Made by a program: the position numbers and the translations under genes. From assembly GCA_963850905.1 (NCBI GenBank), contig CAWKMU010000004.1:448001-512000 (forward strand): 64,000 nt of DNA. Direction: 5' to 3'. Positions 42,799 through 52,094 of this stretch are shown piece by piece (within the stretch, counting starts at the first letter, position 1; every line of letters begins with the position of its first letter). This stretch comes from an uncultured Gemmatimonadales bacterium (lineage in GTDB: Bacteria; Gemmatimonadota; Gemmatimonadetes; Gemmatimonadales; Gemmatimonadaceae). The notes under the pieces are model-generated. The model worked only from the letters and a program-made list of their open reading frames with translations. It made no database searches and had not been told where the DNA came from.

Positions 42799-42832
42799 CC
42801 CTGACCCCTGACCCCTGACCCCTGACCCCTGG
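42799..42832 (+). repeat. Heptamer array (TGACCCC)x4
   Basis: Read directly; the minus strand is (GGGGTCA)n. Confidence 0.9.
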
Positions 42833-42861
42833 CGCCTGACACCGCCCTTTGCCGTCCGCCG

Positions 42862-43185
42862 TCAGTCCTTCCTTAGCTCCACGGGCTTGCCATGGGGTGT
42901 GTGCCGGTACGCATCCGCCCACGCCTCCTTACGCGCGAGCAATGCCGGCCGATCGGCCAGATTCTTGTCAATGAGTAGACGCTCGAGCGCCTGGAGCCAG
43001 TACTCGTAGTAGCGCGACCCATCGTCGGCCTCGCCGGTCTCACCAGCCTGCCGCAGCTCGTCGGCCAGCGCCGTCGTCCACTCCTTCCATGTGAAGTAGC
43101 CGCGCCGTGACAGCTCGACCGCGATCCCGAAGGCTTGCGCCTCCCATGGTTCGGCGAATACCCGCTCCGCATCGTCGCGCATCAC
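42862..43185 (-). CDS. Nitrile hydratase accessory protein
   Basis: VFAEPWEAQAF, FTWKEW, YYEYWL.ALE, AYRHTPHGKPV. Confidence 0.9.
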   Translation of the reverse strand: MMRDDAERVFAEPWEAQAFGIAVELSRRGYFTWKEWTTALADELRQAGETGEADDGSRYYEYWLQALERLLIDKNLADRPALLARKEAWADAYRHTPHGKPVELRKD

Positions 43186-43189
43186 AGGC

Positions 43190-43849
43190 TCAGGCGGGAT
43201 CAAGGTAGTCGTCCCAGAGATCCAGAAAGACCGCATCGCGTGGCGCCGCACGCTCACCCCAGAGCTCGCGCGCAGCGAACCGCACGGAATACACGTGCTG
43301 TGGCTTCTCACCGAGAAAATGAGCGTTGGTGTCCGGGAACACGAAGACACCGTGGTCGCGCGCAATGCTGCCAATCTTGTCGCGAGCATAGCGCGGCAGC
43401 CGGGTGTGGCCAGCGGGATGCATATTCTTCGTTCGCACCTGTTGGCCGGTGCGAAAGCGTGGTGTGACCGGAACGGCGCGGCTCGTGGGAATTCCCCCGG
43501 CGATGAGCGCCTGCGCTCGGGCCACCGTGAGAGCGGGCGTCACATCCGGCGAGGGAGTCGCTGGAGACGCGGCCGCGACTTCGGCCCGCGTGAGCAGACC
43601 GACCTCCACCATGAGATCGATAAATGCGGCGAGCTGACGTTCGTAGTAGCTCATCGCCAGGTAGTCGGCTGGTGGGACCCGCTCGACACCATAGCGCGTC
43701 GCATCGATGTTCCACTTGCCCCACGCGCCCATCGCGCGCCGCAGCGCGAACACGCGCGACTCCCACCACTCGTGAAAGACCGGCTCGTCGCGCTCGGGCG
43801 CGACCGCACCCATGCCCTGCATCCCTCCCATGTCATGCACGCCGTTCAT
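43190..43849 (-). CDS. nthB: Nitrile hydratase beta subunit
   Basis: [38 protein letters not shown]. Confidence 0.95.
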   Translation of the reverse strand: MNGVHDMGGMQGMGAVAPERDEPVFHEWWESRVFALRRAMGAWGKWNIDATRYGVERVPPADYLAMSYYERQLAAFIDLMVEVGLLTRAEVAAASPATPSPDVTPALTVARAQALIAGGIPTSRAVPVTPRFRTGQQVRTKNMHPAGHTRLPRYARDKIGSIARDHGVFVFPDTNAHFLGEKPQHVYSVRFAARELWGERAAPRDAVFLDLWDDYLDPA

Positions 43850-44451
43850 ACGGCGATGCGTCCCACGCCGATCATGGCATCACGCGTGACCACCGCAGCG
43901 AGCCGGTCCTCACTCCACCCCGCGGTCGCCGCGGGGCGCTCGGGCAACACCAGGTAGCGCACCTCGGCCGTGCTGTCCCACACACGGATCTCCACCTCCT
44001 CGGATATCTCGAGGCCGAATTCGCGCAGCACGCCACGCGGGTCGATCACTGCACGCGAGCGATAGGGCGCGGACTTGTACCACACCGGCGGCAGGCCGAG
44101 TACGGGCCACGGATAACACGAGCACAGCGTGCAGACGATGAGGTTGTGTACGGCTGGTGTATTCTCGACGGCGACCATGTGTTCGCCCTGCATGCCACCG
44201 TAGCCCAGCTCGCCGATCGCGGCATCTGCATCAGAGAGCAAGCGCTGCTTGTACGCGGGATCCGCCCACGCTCTTGCGACCACGCGGGCGCCGTTCCGTG
44301 GACCGATCTGGTGCTCATAGGCATCGATCAGCGTGTCGAGAGCCCGCCGGTCCACCAACCCCTTCTCGACTAACAGTGATTCGAGAGCTTTGACGCGGAG
44401 CGTGAGGTCTGACGGAAGCGCTTGGTGAGCGTGCTCGTGTGTGTGTGTCAT
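43846..44451 (-). CDS. nthA: Cobalt-type nitrile hydratase alpha subunit
   Basis: [10 protein letters not shown] (Co-type CTLCSCY), GLPP.WYKS..YRSR. Confidence 0.96.
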   Translation of the reverse strand: MTHTHEHAHQALPSDLTLRVKALESLLVEKGLVDRRALDTLIDAYEHQIGPRNGARVVARAWADPAYKQRLLSDADAAIGELGYGGMQGEHMVAVENTPAVHNLIVCTLCSCYPWPVLGLPPVWYKSAPYRSRAVIDPRGVLREFGLEISEEVEIRVWDSTAEVRYLVLPERPAATAGWSEDRLAAVVTRDAMIGVGRIAV

Positions 44452-44578
44452 TCGCAAAAAACTACAGAGAGTCCGCGGTCTCCTCAACTCTGTATCGACG
44501 CAGTCACAAAGACCGGACATAGGCCTAAGGTCCACTGCTCCGGACACACGTCTCGTCGCGATCATCTCTCGCGCGAAC

Positions 44579-44612
44579 GTCCCATTATTTGGTAAAGTCC
44601 CATTATTTGGTA
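44579..44612. repeat. Perfect 16-bp direct repeat GTCCCATTATTTGGTA, 18-bp period
   Basis: Copies at 44579-44594 and 44597-44612. Confidence 0.85.
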
Positions 44613-44817
44613 GTAGTGGCAGCAGCGCACGAGGCGCCCACGTTGGCTGTGCCCAGACACCTCTCGACAACACAGTCTCTTCGATCACCGATCCAGGCGA
44701 TGAGCTGGGTACGGTAGGCACTGCACCGCTTCGAACGGGGGCAACGCCAGGTGACCAATGACACGACGGCTGAACGCCAGCAAGCACGGCCGACCACGGA
44801 GTCGGAAGGAGCATCAC

Positions 44818-45354
44818 ATGCCTAGCGCTCATGACCCTCGTCCCGATCGCCCAACCGATACGCCCAAAGCGCAAACCCGGAAGCGCAGTTCGCAAAAGGA
44901 GCAACCGATGGCAGATGTCGATGAACATGCAGCGTCAGCCGATCAATCTGCGACCAGGCTCTTCGCGTTCACCATCGATGCGAACACGGCGCAGATCGTC
45001 AAGCTCGAGAGCCTGGACTCGACCGGCAATCGGCACGAGTTGTCGGAAGACGAAATGGCCAACCTCGTCAGGGACGCTCGAGAGGACCGGCTCGAGAAAG
45101 TCGTCGAGCAGGCATTTGAAGCGGGCATTGCCTGCGTGCTGGACACCGGAATCGAACAGGACGACACGCACGAGTCCGCAGACGACGCGGAGCTCCGACA
45201 CATCCTGTTGACGCCGTTGATCGAGCGCAGCGCCGCCAAACACCTGATGGAGCGCGAGGTCTTGAATCGCGCCATTCTCGACACATTGATCGAGCATTCC
45301 ATGAAGGCACGCGGGACCGCCCATGAGGACGGGCCAACTGCCGGCGTGCAGTGA
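44818..45354 (+). CDS. Hypothetical acidic protein (alternative start 44908)
   Basis: Both in-frame ATGs follow AAGGAG; globular-looking sequence ([19 protein letters not shown]). Confidence 0.7.
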   Translation: MPSAHDPRPDRPTDTPKAQTRKRSSQKEQPMADVDEHAASADQSATRLFAFTIDANTAQIVKLESLDSTGNRHELSEDEMANLVRDAREDRLEKVVEQAFEAGIACVLDTGIEQDDTHESADDAELRHILLTPLIERSAAKHLMEREVLNRAILDTLIEHSMKARGTAHEDGPTAGVQ

Positions 45355-45417
45355 GATCGCTCTGGTAAACCCCGTTAGCTCTATCCGTTTCAGCAAACGA
45401 CAACGAGGAGACCCCCA

Positions 45418-46518
45418 ATGGCAACCACCATCGAGCATGAAGAACTTGCAGGAATCGCGGGCGCCGCGATGCGCGGCAAGCGGGCCCGTCGCGCACTCAT
45501 CGCCCACCTCCTGAAAGAGAGGAGCGAGGGCCAGGACGAGGAGGAGGGCGATGAAGGGTACAGCGAGGAAGGGGGAGGAGATGAGCGCAAGCTCGTTCGC
45601 CTCCTCATCGCCAGCCGCATCCTGCGCCGTCGACGACTGCGTCGCTTGGTCGTTGCGCACCTGTTGAGCGAAAAAGGTGAGGAAGGCGAAGAAGGCGATG
45701 AGGGTGAGGAAGGTGAGGAGGGTAGCGAAGAAGGGTCGACCGATGACCGCAAGCTCGTGCGTCTGTTGATCGCCAGCCGCATGCTCCGCCGTCGTCGCGT
45801 CCGCCGCGCTGTGCTCGCCCACCTCCTCAAGGAGCGAGGCGAAGCAGCGGAAGAGGGCGACGAAGGCGAAGAAGGCGAAGAGGGTGAAGAAGAGTCCGGC
45901 GCAGAAGGAGAAAGCGATGAGCGCACGCTCGTCCGTCTCCTGATCGCGAGCCGCATGCTCCGCCGCCGTCGCGTCCGCCGTGCCGTACTCGCCCACCTCC
46001 TCAAGGAGCGAGGCGAAGCAGCGGAAGAGGGCGACGAAGGCGAAGAAGGCGAAGAGGGTGAGGAAGAGTACGGCGAGGAAGGTGGAGGCGATGAGCGCAA
46101 GCTCGTCCGTCTCTTGATCGCCAGCCGAATGCTCCGCCGCCGTCGCGTACGCCGCGCAGTCATCGCCCACCTCCTGAAGGAGCGGGGCGAAGCCGGAGAA
46201 GAGGGCGACGAAGGCGAAGAAGGCGAAGAGGGTGAGGGAGAGTACGGCGAGGAAGGTGGAGGCGATGAGCGCAAGCTCGTCCGTCTCTTGATCGCCAGCC
46301 GCATGCTCCGTCGCCGTCGCGTGCGCCGCGCTGTTCTCGCCCACCTCCTCAAAGAGCGCAACGAAGGAGAGGAAGGTGAAGGCGATGAGGACGAGTCCGG
46401 CGAGGGTGACGGACGAAATCGAGAGCTCATGCGCCTGCTGATGGCTAGGCAGGCCGTGCGCCGCCGACGCGCGCGCCGTGCCGTCGCCTACTCCATGCAC
46501 AACGGACACGACGAGTAG
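45418..46518 (+). CDS. Tandem-repeat polyampholyte protein (Arg-rich segment / Glu-Gly tract)
   Basis: GAGGAG RBS. ~58-aa units; differences between copies are largely synonymous in this frame. Confidence 0.8.
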   Translation: MATTIEHEELAGIAGAAMRGKRARRALIAHLLKERSEGQDEEEGDEGYSEEGGGDERKLVRLLIASRILRRRRLRRLVVAHLLSEKGEEGEEGDEGEEGEEGSEEGSTDDRKLVRLLIASRMLRRRRVRRAVLAHLLKERGEAAEEGDEGEEGEEGEEESGAEGESDERTLVRLLIASRMLRRRRVRRAVLAHLLKERGEAAEEGDEGEEGEEGEEEYGEEGGGDERKLVRLLIASRMLRRRRVRRAVIAHLLKERGEAGEEGDEGEEGEEGEGEYGEEGGGDERKLVRLLIASRMLRRRRVRRAVLAHLLKERNEGEEGEGDEDESGEGDGRNRELMRLLMARQAVRRRRARRAVAYSMHNGHDE

Positions 46519-46624
46519 TCAGCGGAACAGCGGGCCTTGGGACTCGGGACCGCTTGAGATACAAAGACAGCGATTGCAAAGGGCCAGTGGCGGCTATCCG
46601 TCACTGGCCCTCACTGTATGTTCA

Positions 46625-46670
46625 CCCGTCATCCGTCACCCGTTACCCAGCCGTTCCGTCACCCGTCACC
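46625..46670 (+). repeat. Degenerate heptamer array (CCGTCAC)n
   Basis: ccgtcat ccgtcac ccgttac ... ccgtcac ccgtcac. Confidence 0.65.
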
Positions 46671-46719
46671 CTTCCACGCCGGCTTGACACTGGCCCACCC
46701 CTTCGAGGAGCCAACAAGC

Positions 46720-47742
46720 CTGAGACTCGCCATCTACGAGTGGGATGCCTGGCACCAGTTCATGCTGGTGCGCGCCGTCCCGGAAGCCGTTCGGGTCAGC
46801 GCTCGGATAGGCGAGAGCGCTGACGAGATCCTTGCCCGTCTGCCGGGAGGGATCAATGCCTTCGCGTTCCATCTCAACATGACCGCGACTGCGGCTTTTC
46901 CGGCAGACCGGCAGGTACTCGTTCACGAGTTGCTCGCACGGGGGATCGTGCCACTCAACGGGGCCGTCACCGACATCTCCAAAACCCAAGTCCACGCTCA
47001 ATGCCGGGCGTTCGGACTCCCGAGCCCCGCGACCGACATCCATGGCGAGGCATCGGAACTGGTGATCGTGAAGACTGATCTCAACTTCGGCGGCAGGTCT
47101 GAGCGACAGCTTCCGTCGGCGCACTCGGGCACCATCGGGCCGCAGATCTCGGCAGTCATGTCCGACTGGACCGCCTATCAGATCATGCGCCGCGAGGAAG
47201 TGCCAGCCGCGTGGTGGAATGATGCCGCGCTGGTCATCGAGCGCTTCATCGACAATCGCGCGCAGCACCTCTACCGAGTCAATTTTGCAGGCGATCGTGT
47301 CGTCATTCTGCGGCTGACCAATCCGCACCCGCTCAAGAAGATCGTGAACTCGACGGCCCGCCTCGACGTGTACTGCCGGACCGAGGATCTCGCGACCGGC
47401 GCCGTCGCCGGCGTGGAGCCGCTCGTCGCCGCCGCGATCGTAAGGTACCTCGACCGATCCGGCATGGACTTCGGCGCGCTCGAGATCATTCCGGATGATG
47501 CGGGCCACGCGTACATCATTGATGTCAACAGCACGTGCTACGCAAAGGTGCTCAATGTGCGGATCCTCACGTACCTCCGTCGGGGACTGTTCGCGAGAAT
47601 CGCGGCGCGAGCCGCCGGCCTGGGATGCCCGATCCCCCAATGGCGCACCCTCGCCCTCCCAACCTGGCCGATGCTGCGCAGCGACGCGAAACGCCTAGCC
47701 GAAACGCTGATGTCCCGTACCCGCCGCGCACCCAGCACCTGA
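46720..47742 (+). CDS. Divergent ATP-grasp-like protein (paralog 2; start uncertain)
   Basis: LNGAVTDISK, VIVKTDLNFGG, VPAAWWND..LVIERF, DFGALE...IIDVN. Confidence 0.62.
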   Translation: MRLAIYEWDAWHQFMLVRAVPEAVRVSARIGESADEILARLPGGINAFAFHLNMTATAAFPADRQVLVHELLARGIVPLNGAVTDISKTQVHAQCRAFGLPSPATDIHGEASELVIVKTDLNFGGRSERQLPSAHSGTIGPQISAVMSDWTAYQIMRREEVPAAWWNDAALVIERFIDNRAQHLYRVNFAGDRVVILRLTNPHPLKKIVNSTARLDVYCRTEDLATGAVAGVEPLVAAAIVRYLDRSGMDFGALEIIPDDAGHAYIIDVNSTCYAKVLNVRILTYLRRGLFARIAARAAGLGCPIPQWRTLALPTWPMLRSDAKRLAETLMSRTRRAPST

Positions 47743-47832
47743 TCTCGCAGCCCTCGATGGCAGAGCGGCCTGGCACCACCCAACTCGCCAGGCCGCTCAA
47801 CTTCTGTATCTCCTCTCTCCTTACTCCTCTCT

Positions 47833-47884
47833 ATTTCGGCCGCGCTGTGCGCGCCGAAATCGGCCGCGCCGTGCGCGCCGAAAT
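47833..47884. repeat. 24-bp direct repeat with internal ATTTCGGC/GCCGAAAT hairpin; possible terminator
   Basis: CGGCCGCGCYGTGCGCGCCGAAAT twice, between convergent genes. Confidence 0.6.
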
Positions 47885-48828
47885 CACGGGGCCAAGACCG
47901 CCATCACGAGATCGGAATTCTCCCGCGTGGTCCCGTTGTAGTAAAAGACGTAAACCTTATGCGTCTTCTCGTCCACCGCGGCCGTCCGCGCCCCGCCCCC
48001 CGTGGCCACTTTCCCGACCACCGTGAACTTGTTCGGACTATCCTCGTGCACGATGGTCATGGTGCTGTCTTTGCGATTGGCGTTGAAGGCGAGCTTCGCC
48101 ACTGGATCGAAGGCGTTTTGGTCCGCTCGACTCGGCACGCCGATTCGCGCCACCACGCTGCCGTTGTCCGCGTTGACGACGACCATCTCCGTGTCGCACG
48201 CCATGAACAGCCGGCGACTGGATGCGTCCATCGCGAGGCCCTGTGCGCGGCCGCAATTCGGGATGCGAAACGTCGGCCCGACCTTGTAGGTCGTCGCATT
48301 GACCTCCTGGATGTAGCCCGAATCCTCGACGTTGAGAAAAAGGTTGCCCTTGCCATCCGCAACCCCGGACTCGAGGCCGTCCCCGATCGTCGTCTTCGCG
48401 AGGAGCTTGCCCGTCCGCATGTCCACGACCCACGCGTCTTTGCCCTCCCAGGTGAAGGCGCGGTGGGTGAATGGATCGTAGCGAATGCCATCGCCCTTCG
48501 ATCCGACGTTGCCTTCGACCGCGAGCGTTTTCAGGTTGAAGACCACACCATTTCGCACCAGTCCGCGGTCCTGATCCGCTGCGATCGCAAAGCCGCCACC
48601 CCCACCTTCCACGGTGCCGACGACAGTGTCCTTGTCGACGTCGATGACATTGTCTCCCATCCCGTATAGGCGACGACCCACCGGATCCACAATGAGGTAG
48701 TCGGCGCGGACATGACCCAGGTCGAGACGCTTGACTACGTGATAGCTGGAGCCCTGGGCGCTGAGGCCGGACGCGACAAGCAGCGGCAGCAGGCTGGCGG
48801 TGCAGATGGCGGCGCGAAGCGGACGCAC
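47884..48828 (-). CDS. Secreted YncE-like beta-propeller
   Basis: GTG after AGGAG; signal peptide; DYLIVD...RRLY, GLAMD..SRRLF..C, GART.AVD.KTH. Confidence 0.8.
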   Translation of the reverse strand: MRPLRAAICTASLLPLLVASGLSAQGSSYHVVKRLDLGHVRADYLIVDPVGRRLYGMGDNVIDVDKDTVVGTVEGGGGGFAIAADQDRGLVRNGVVFNLKTLAVEGNVGSKGDGIRYDPFTHRAFTWEGKDAWVVDMRTGKLLAKTTIGDGLESGVADGKGNLFLNVEDSGYIQEVNATTYKVGPTFRIPNCGRAQGLAMDASSRRLFMACDTEMVVVNADNGSVVARIGVPSRADQNAFDPVAKLAFNANRKDSTMTIVHEDSPNKFTVVGKVATGGGARTAAVDEKTHKVYVFYYNGTTRENSDLVMAVLAP

Positions 48829-48922
48829 GGCAACTCCTGGAAGGGGACTGGTCGTTGGTGCAGCCAAGCTAAGGCGCCAACCTGACACGACCATTACAGG
48901 CTGCCGGGAGCGGCGCCGCGAC

Positions 48923-49159
48923 CTACCCGACGCCGTCGACAAGCGTGACGGCGGCGCGGGCGTCCTCGAGGGCCGCCTCCGGGACGCGGACGGTCACGCC
49001 GCGCGCGGTCGCCCCCTGAAAACCTGGGCCGAAGATCCCCACCGTATCGTTGTTGTCACGTATCGCCGGAATACCGGCAGTCTCGAGTTGCGCCATCGCC
49101 AGATCTGCCTCGAAGCCAGAGGCGTATGTGGCCAGCACAGACCAGCCGTCTGCGTTCAT
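48923..49159 (-). CDS. DUF2007 small protein
   Basis: TY...FEADLA...LE.AGI...V.V.....E.A. Confidence 0.7.
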   Translation of the reverse strand: MNADGWSVLATYASGFEADLAMAQLETAGIPAIRDNNDTVGIFGPGFQGATARGVTVRVPEAALEDARAAVTLVDGVG

Positions 49160-49412
49160 CGGTCCTCCAAAGGGGCCACCCGTTGTCACCAGCGACCCGA
49201 TGTCGCGCCCAACGTCCACGGCAACCCACCTACGCAGAATGCGCCACGGAAACGCCGGGGGCAAGCATGCCCCGAACCGGTTCATCACTGGTGTGTACCC
49301 GGGGCCGGAATCGCATTGGCATCCATGCATAGGCCGGGACTGGCATGAGTGGGCGGACGAACACCAATCCCCGACCCTAACTGGGTCAGGGGTCTGTGCG
49401 TCCGCGCTGGGC

Positions 49413-50099
49413 TTACGTTGTCGACCCACGGGCCTGAGCTCGTGCCCTCCGCGCGTCCTCCCACATCCGAAAGCCGCCGACGAAAGCGTGAGCATTGTCG
49501 CCCGCCCGGCAGCCCTCCGGGGGCGTCTTCAATTTCTTTGCGTTGCCGCCCCCCAACACGACGTCATCGAGGTGCATGATGGGCACGAGACGACGCACGA
49601 CTTCCGCAACGTGTTTGCGCCATTTCCGCTTGCCGAGGCGCTCCAGGGCACGCCGGCCGAGATAATCCTCGTACGTCCCCTTGCGGTACGCCAACCTCCC
49701 GAGCTCCATCGGAACGACAACGCCCTCGACGACCAACGCCGCGCCCAGGCCGGTCCCAAAGCCCAGAAACAGCATGGTCCCGCGCTGGTAACTCCCCAGC
49801 GCCTGCATGGCCGCATCATTGATGACCTTCACCGGTCGCTTGAATGCGGCCTCGAAGTCGAATTCGACCCAACCCTTACTGAGGTTGCGCGGCTCAGCCG
49901 TGGGTCGGTTGTGCTCGACGGGCCCCGGGTAACCGATAGACACCACATCGTACCTCCAGTCCTTCGCCAGCGCTTTCACATGTTCCGCCATGAGGTGCGG
50001 AGTCATTGCCCGTCCGGAAGCGAACCGACGACGCTCCTTCTGCCCGGTCGCGAGCAGCTTCACGTTGGTCCCGCCGATATCGATCGAGAGGACGCGCAT
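49413..50099 (-). CDS. ROK family / polyphosphate glucokinase-like
   Basis: IDIGGTNVK, GYPG, INDAAMQA, GFGTGLG, ELG, GGGN. Confidence 0.85.
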   Translation of the reverse strand: MRVLSIDIGGTNVKLLATGQKERRRFASGRAMTPHLMAEHVKALAKDWRYDVVSIGYPGPVEHNRPTAEPRNLSKGWVEFDFEAAFKRPVKVINDAAMQALGSYQRGTMLFLGFGTGLGAALVVEGVVVPMELGRLAYRKGTYEDYLGRRALERLGKRKWRKHVAEVVRRLVPIMHLDDVVLGGGNAKKLKTPPEGCRAGDNAHAFVGGFRMWEDARRARAQARGSTT

Positions 50100-50336
50100 A
50101 CCTGATTCTCCAGTCGCTCATGTGTTCTACGAGCCGGTCATTCGCATCGTAGCCCGGGCGACGGAAGAGGAGTAGCAGTCGTTGTGCCGATGCTCCTCCA
50201 GAGCTCGCTACCGCCCGCCCACAATTCGTGAGTCGGCGGGAACGTGTGGCACGTGCACCAACGTTCACGAACAATCGACCAATCGACGGGACCGGCGACC
50301 GGCATCACCGTCCACGACCAATTCGTGGATTGGCGG

Positions 50337-50361
50337 ATAGGGGCGACACATGCGTCGCCCG
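50337..50361 (+). repeat. Single REP-like palindrome
   Basis: ATAGGGGCGACACATGCGTCGCCC. Confidence 0.7.
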
Positions 50362-50449
50362 CCGTTCCCAGAGTGGACCTACCGTCCGCGCACGATCCGT
50401 TCGTCCAACGGGTCGACGGACGCCGCGCGTTTGTCCTCGAGCCAGTCTC

Positions 50450-50805
50450 TCAGACTGCGCCTCCGTGTGTTCGAAACACGAAGTAGACGGCGCCGAGAAT
50501 GCACAGGCCGGCCCAGAGATAGTCGAGATGGACGGGCTGCTTCATGTAGAGCACCGCAAAGGGCACGAACACGGCGAGCGTGATCACTTCCTGGAGGATC
50601 TTCAGTTGCGGGAGCGAAAGCGCCGTGTATCCAATACGGTTGGCGGGCACCTGGAGCATGTACTCGAAGAAGGCGATCCCCCAACTGATGACGGCCGCAA
50701 CGTACCAGGGGCGGTTGCTCAGGTTTCTGAATGGGCGTACCACGCGATCGTCATAAAGACGTTCGAGCCGACCAGGAGGAGGGCGGTACGAGCGACAACG
50801 GGCAT
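50450..50805 (-). CDS. DUF486/DMT family membrane protein (frameshift ~50733)
   Basis: SNVFMTIAWYAH, then in another frame SWGIAFFEY.LQVPANRIG..QLKILQEVITL. Confidence 0.85.
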
Positions 50806-50942
50806 GGGGTAGACCGGGCAAAGGGGACGGTTAGCGCAGACCGGCGCCATAGGGTAACATTTGATGCGTAATCTGTAGTATCGTGATACTCGGTACCCCG
50901 TAGTCCGCAGTGACCGCGACTCGCTAACCCAGGAGACAGGCC

Positions 50943-52094
50943 ATGGAACTCTCGCGCCGCAAGTTCATTCATCTCGCCGGTGTCGGCGGCCTCGGCGCCT
51001 TGGCCGCTCCAAGTACGTCGCTCCGATTCGGGTCCGAGGAACTCGCATACCTGAGCGCCGGGCCGCGCAACGTCCCCGGCGCGCCAATGCGGCTCTCCAA
51101 CAACGAGAACCCCAACGGGCCGGGTAGGGCCGTCGTCGATGCGATTCGCGCTCGCGCCGCCGAGGTCTCGATGTATCCGTTCGAGCCCGGTGCCGAAATG
51201 CACCTGGCGATCGCGCGCTACCTCGAGGTGCCGGAAGTGAACGTGATGACGGCACTCGGATCCAGCGAGGTGCTCGAAGTTTGCATGAAGACCTTGGTCG
51301 GCCCGGATCGCCCCCTCGTGATCGGGACGCCATCGTACGACTACATCGGCCAGATGGCCGCGAGGCTGCATGTGCCGGTCCGCGCCGTCCCGCTCACGGC
51401 GAACCTCGAGCTCGACCTCGATCGCATGCTGGAAGCAGTCGACGGCGCCGGCATGGTCTACGTCTGCAATCCGAACAACCCGACGGCGACGGTACACCCA
51501 GCTGCGCATCTGCGCGATTTCGTCGACAAGGTCAATCAACGCGCACCGGCTGCGAAGATCATCATCGACGAGGCGTATATCGATTTCGCGGACGACCCGG
51601 CACAGATCAGCATGATTGCGACCGCGATCCAGAATCCGACCGTGATCGTCACCCGAACCTTCTCCAAGATTTTCGGGCTCGCCGGGCTGCGCCTGGGATA
51701 CGGGATCGCGCGCGAAGAGACATTGAAGCCCCTGATGCCGGAGCGCGTGTTCATCACCGCGCTCGGGAACTACCTGGCAGGCGTTTCGGCGGTCGCCACC
51801 CTGCCGGACCGCGCGCACTACGACTCGGAACGACGCCTCAATCGTGAGTCGCGCGAGTTCACGCAGAAAGCGCTCGCGAGCCTCGGGTATCCGAGTGGCG
51901 CCTCCGCCACCAACTTCATCTTCGTGCCGATCCGCCGCGATTCGAAGGACTTCGCCGACGCGTGCGCCAAGCACAACATCCTCGTGGGGCGCCCCTTCCC
52001 GCCACTCACACAATACGCACGGATCTCGATTTCGACGCTCGACAACATGAAGATCGCCGCCGACGTGTTCAAATCGGTACTGATCAACGTGTGA
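50943..52094 (+). CDS. HisC-like PLP aminotransferase with twin-arginine signal
   Basis: SRRKFI; RLSNNENP, CNPNNPT, DEAY, RTFSKIFGLAGLRLGY. Confidence 0.9.
   Translation: MELSRRKFIHLAGVGGLGALAAPSTSLRFGSEELAYLSAGPRNVPGAPMRLSNNENPNGPGRAVVDAIRARAAEVSMYPFEPGAEMHLAIARYLEVPEVNVMTALGSSEVLEVCMKTLVGPDRPLVIGTPSYDYIGQMAARLHVPVRAVPLTANLELDLDRMLEAVDGAGMVYVCNPNNPTATVHPAAHLRDFVDKVNQRAPAAKIIIDEAYIDFADDPAQISMIATAIQNPTVIVTRTFSKIFGLAGLRLGYGIAREETLKPLMPERVFITALGNYLAGVSAVATLPDRAHYDSERRLNRESREFTQKALASLGYPSGASATNFIFVPIRRDSKDFADACAKHNILVGRPFPPLTQYARISISTLDNMKIAADVFKSVLINV

Noticed and set aside
44935..46509. Long antisense ORFs (524 aa and 346 aa) over the repeat protein
   Set aside because: Shadow frames of the repeat. 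The plus frame has the RBS and the synonymous variation.
45418..46518. Classical graspetide precursor
   Set aside because: No recognisable leader or Thr/Ser/Lys-to-Asp/Glu core pattern. Kept only as a looser substrate hypothesis.
49160..49412. Possible ncRNA or riboswitch upstream of the DUF2007 gene
   Set aside because: Only a terminator-like hairpin near 49369-49392 was seen and no known motif was recognised. An Rfam/Infernal search would be needed.
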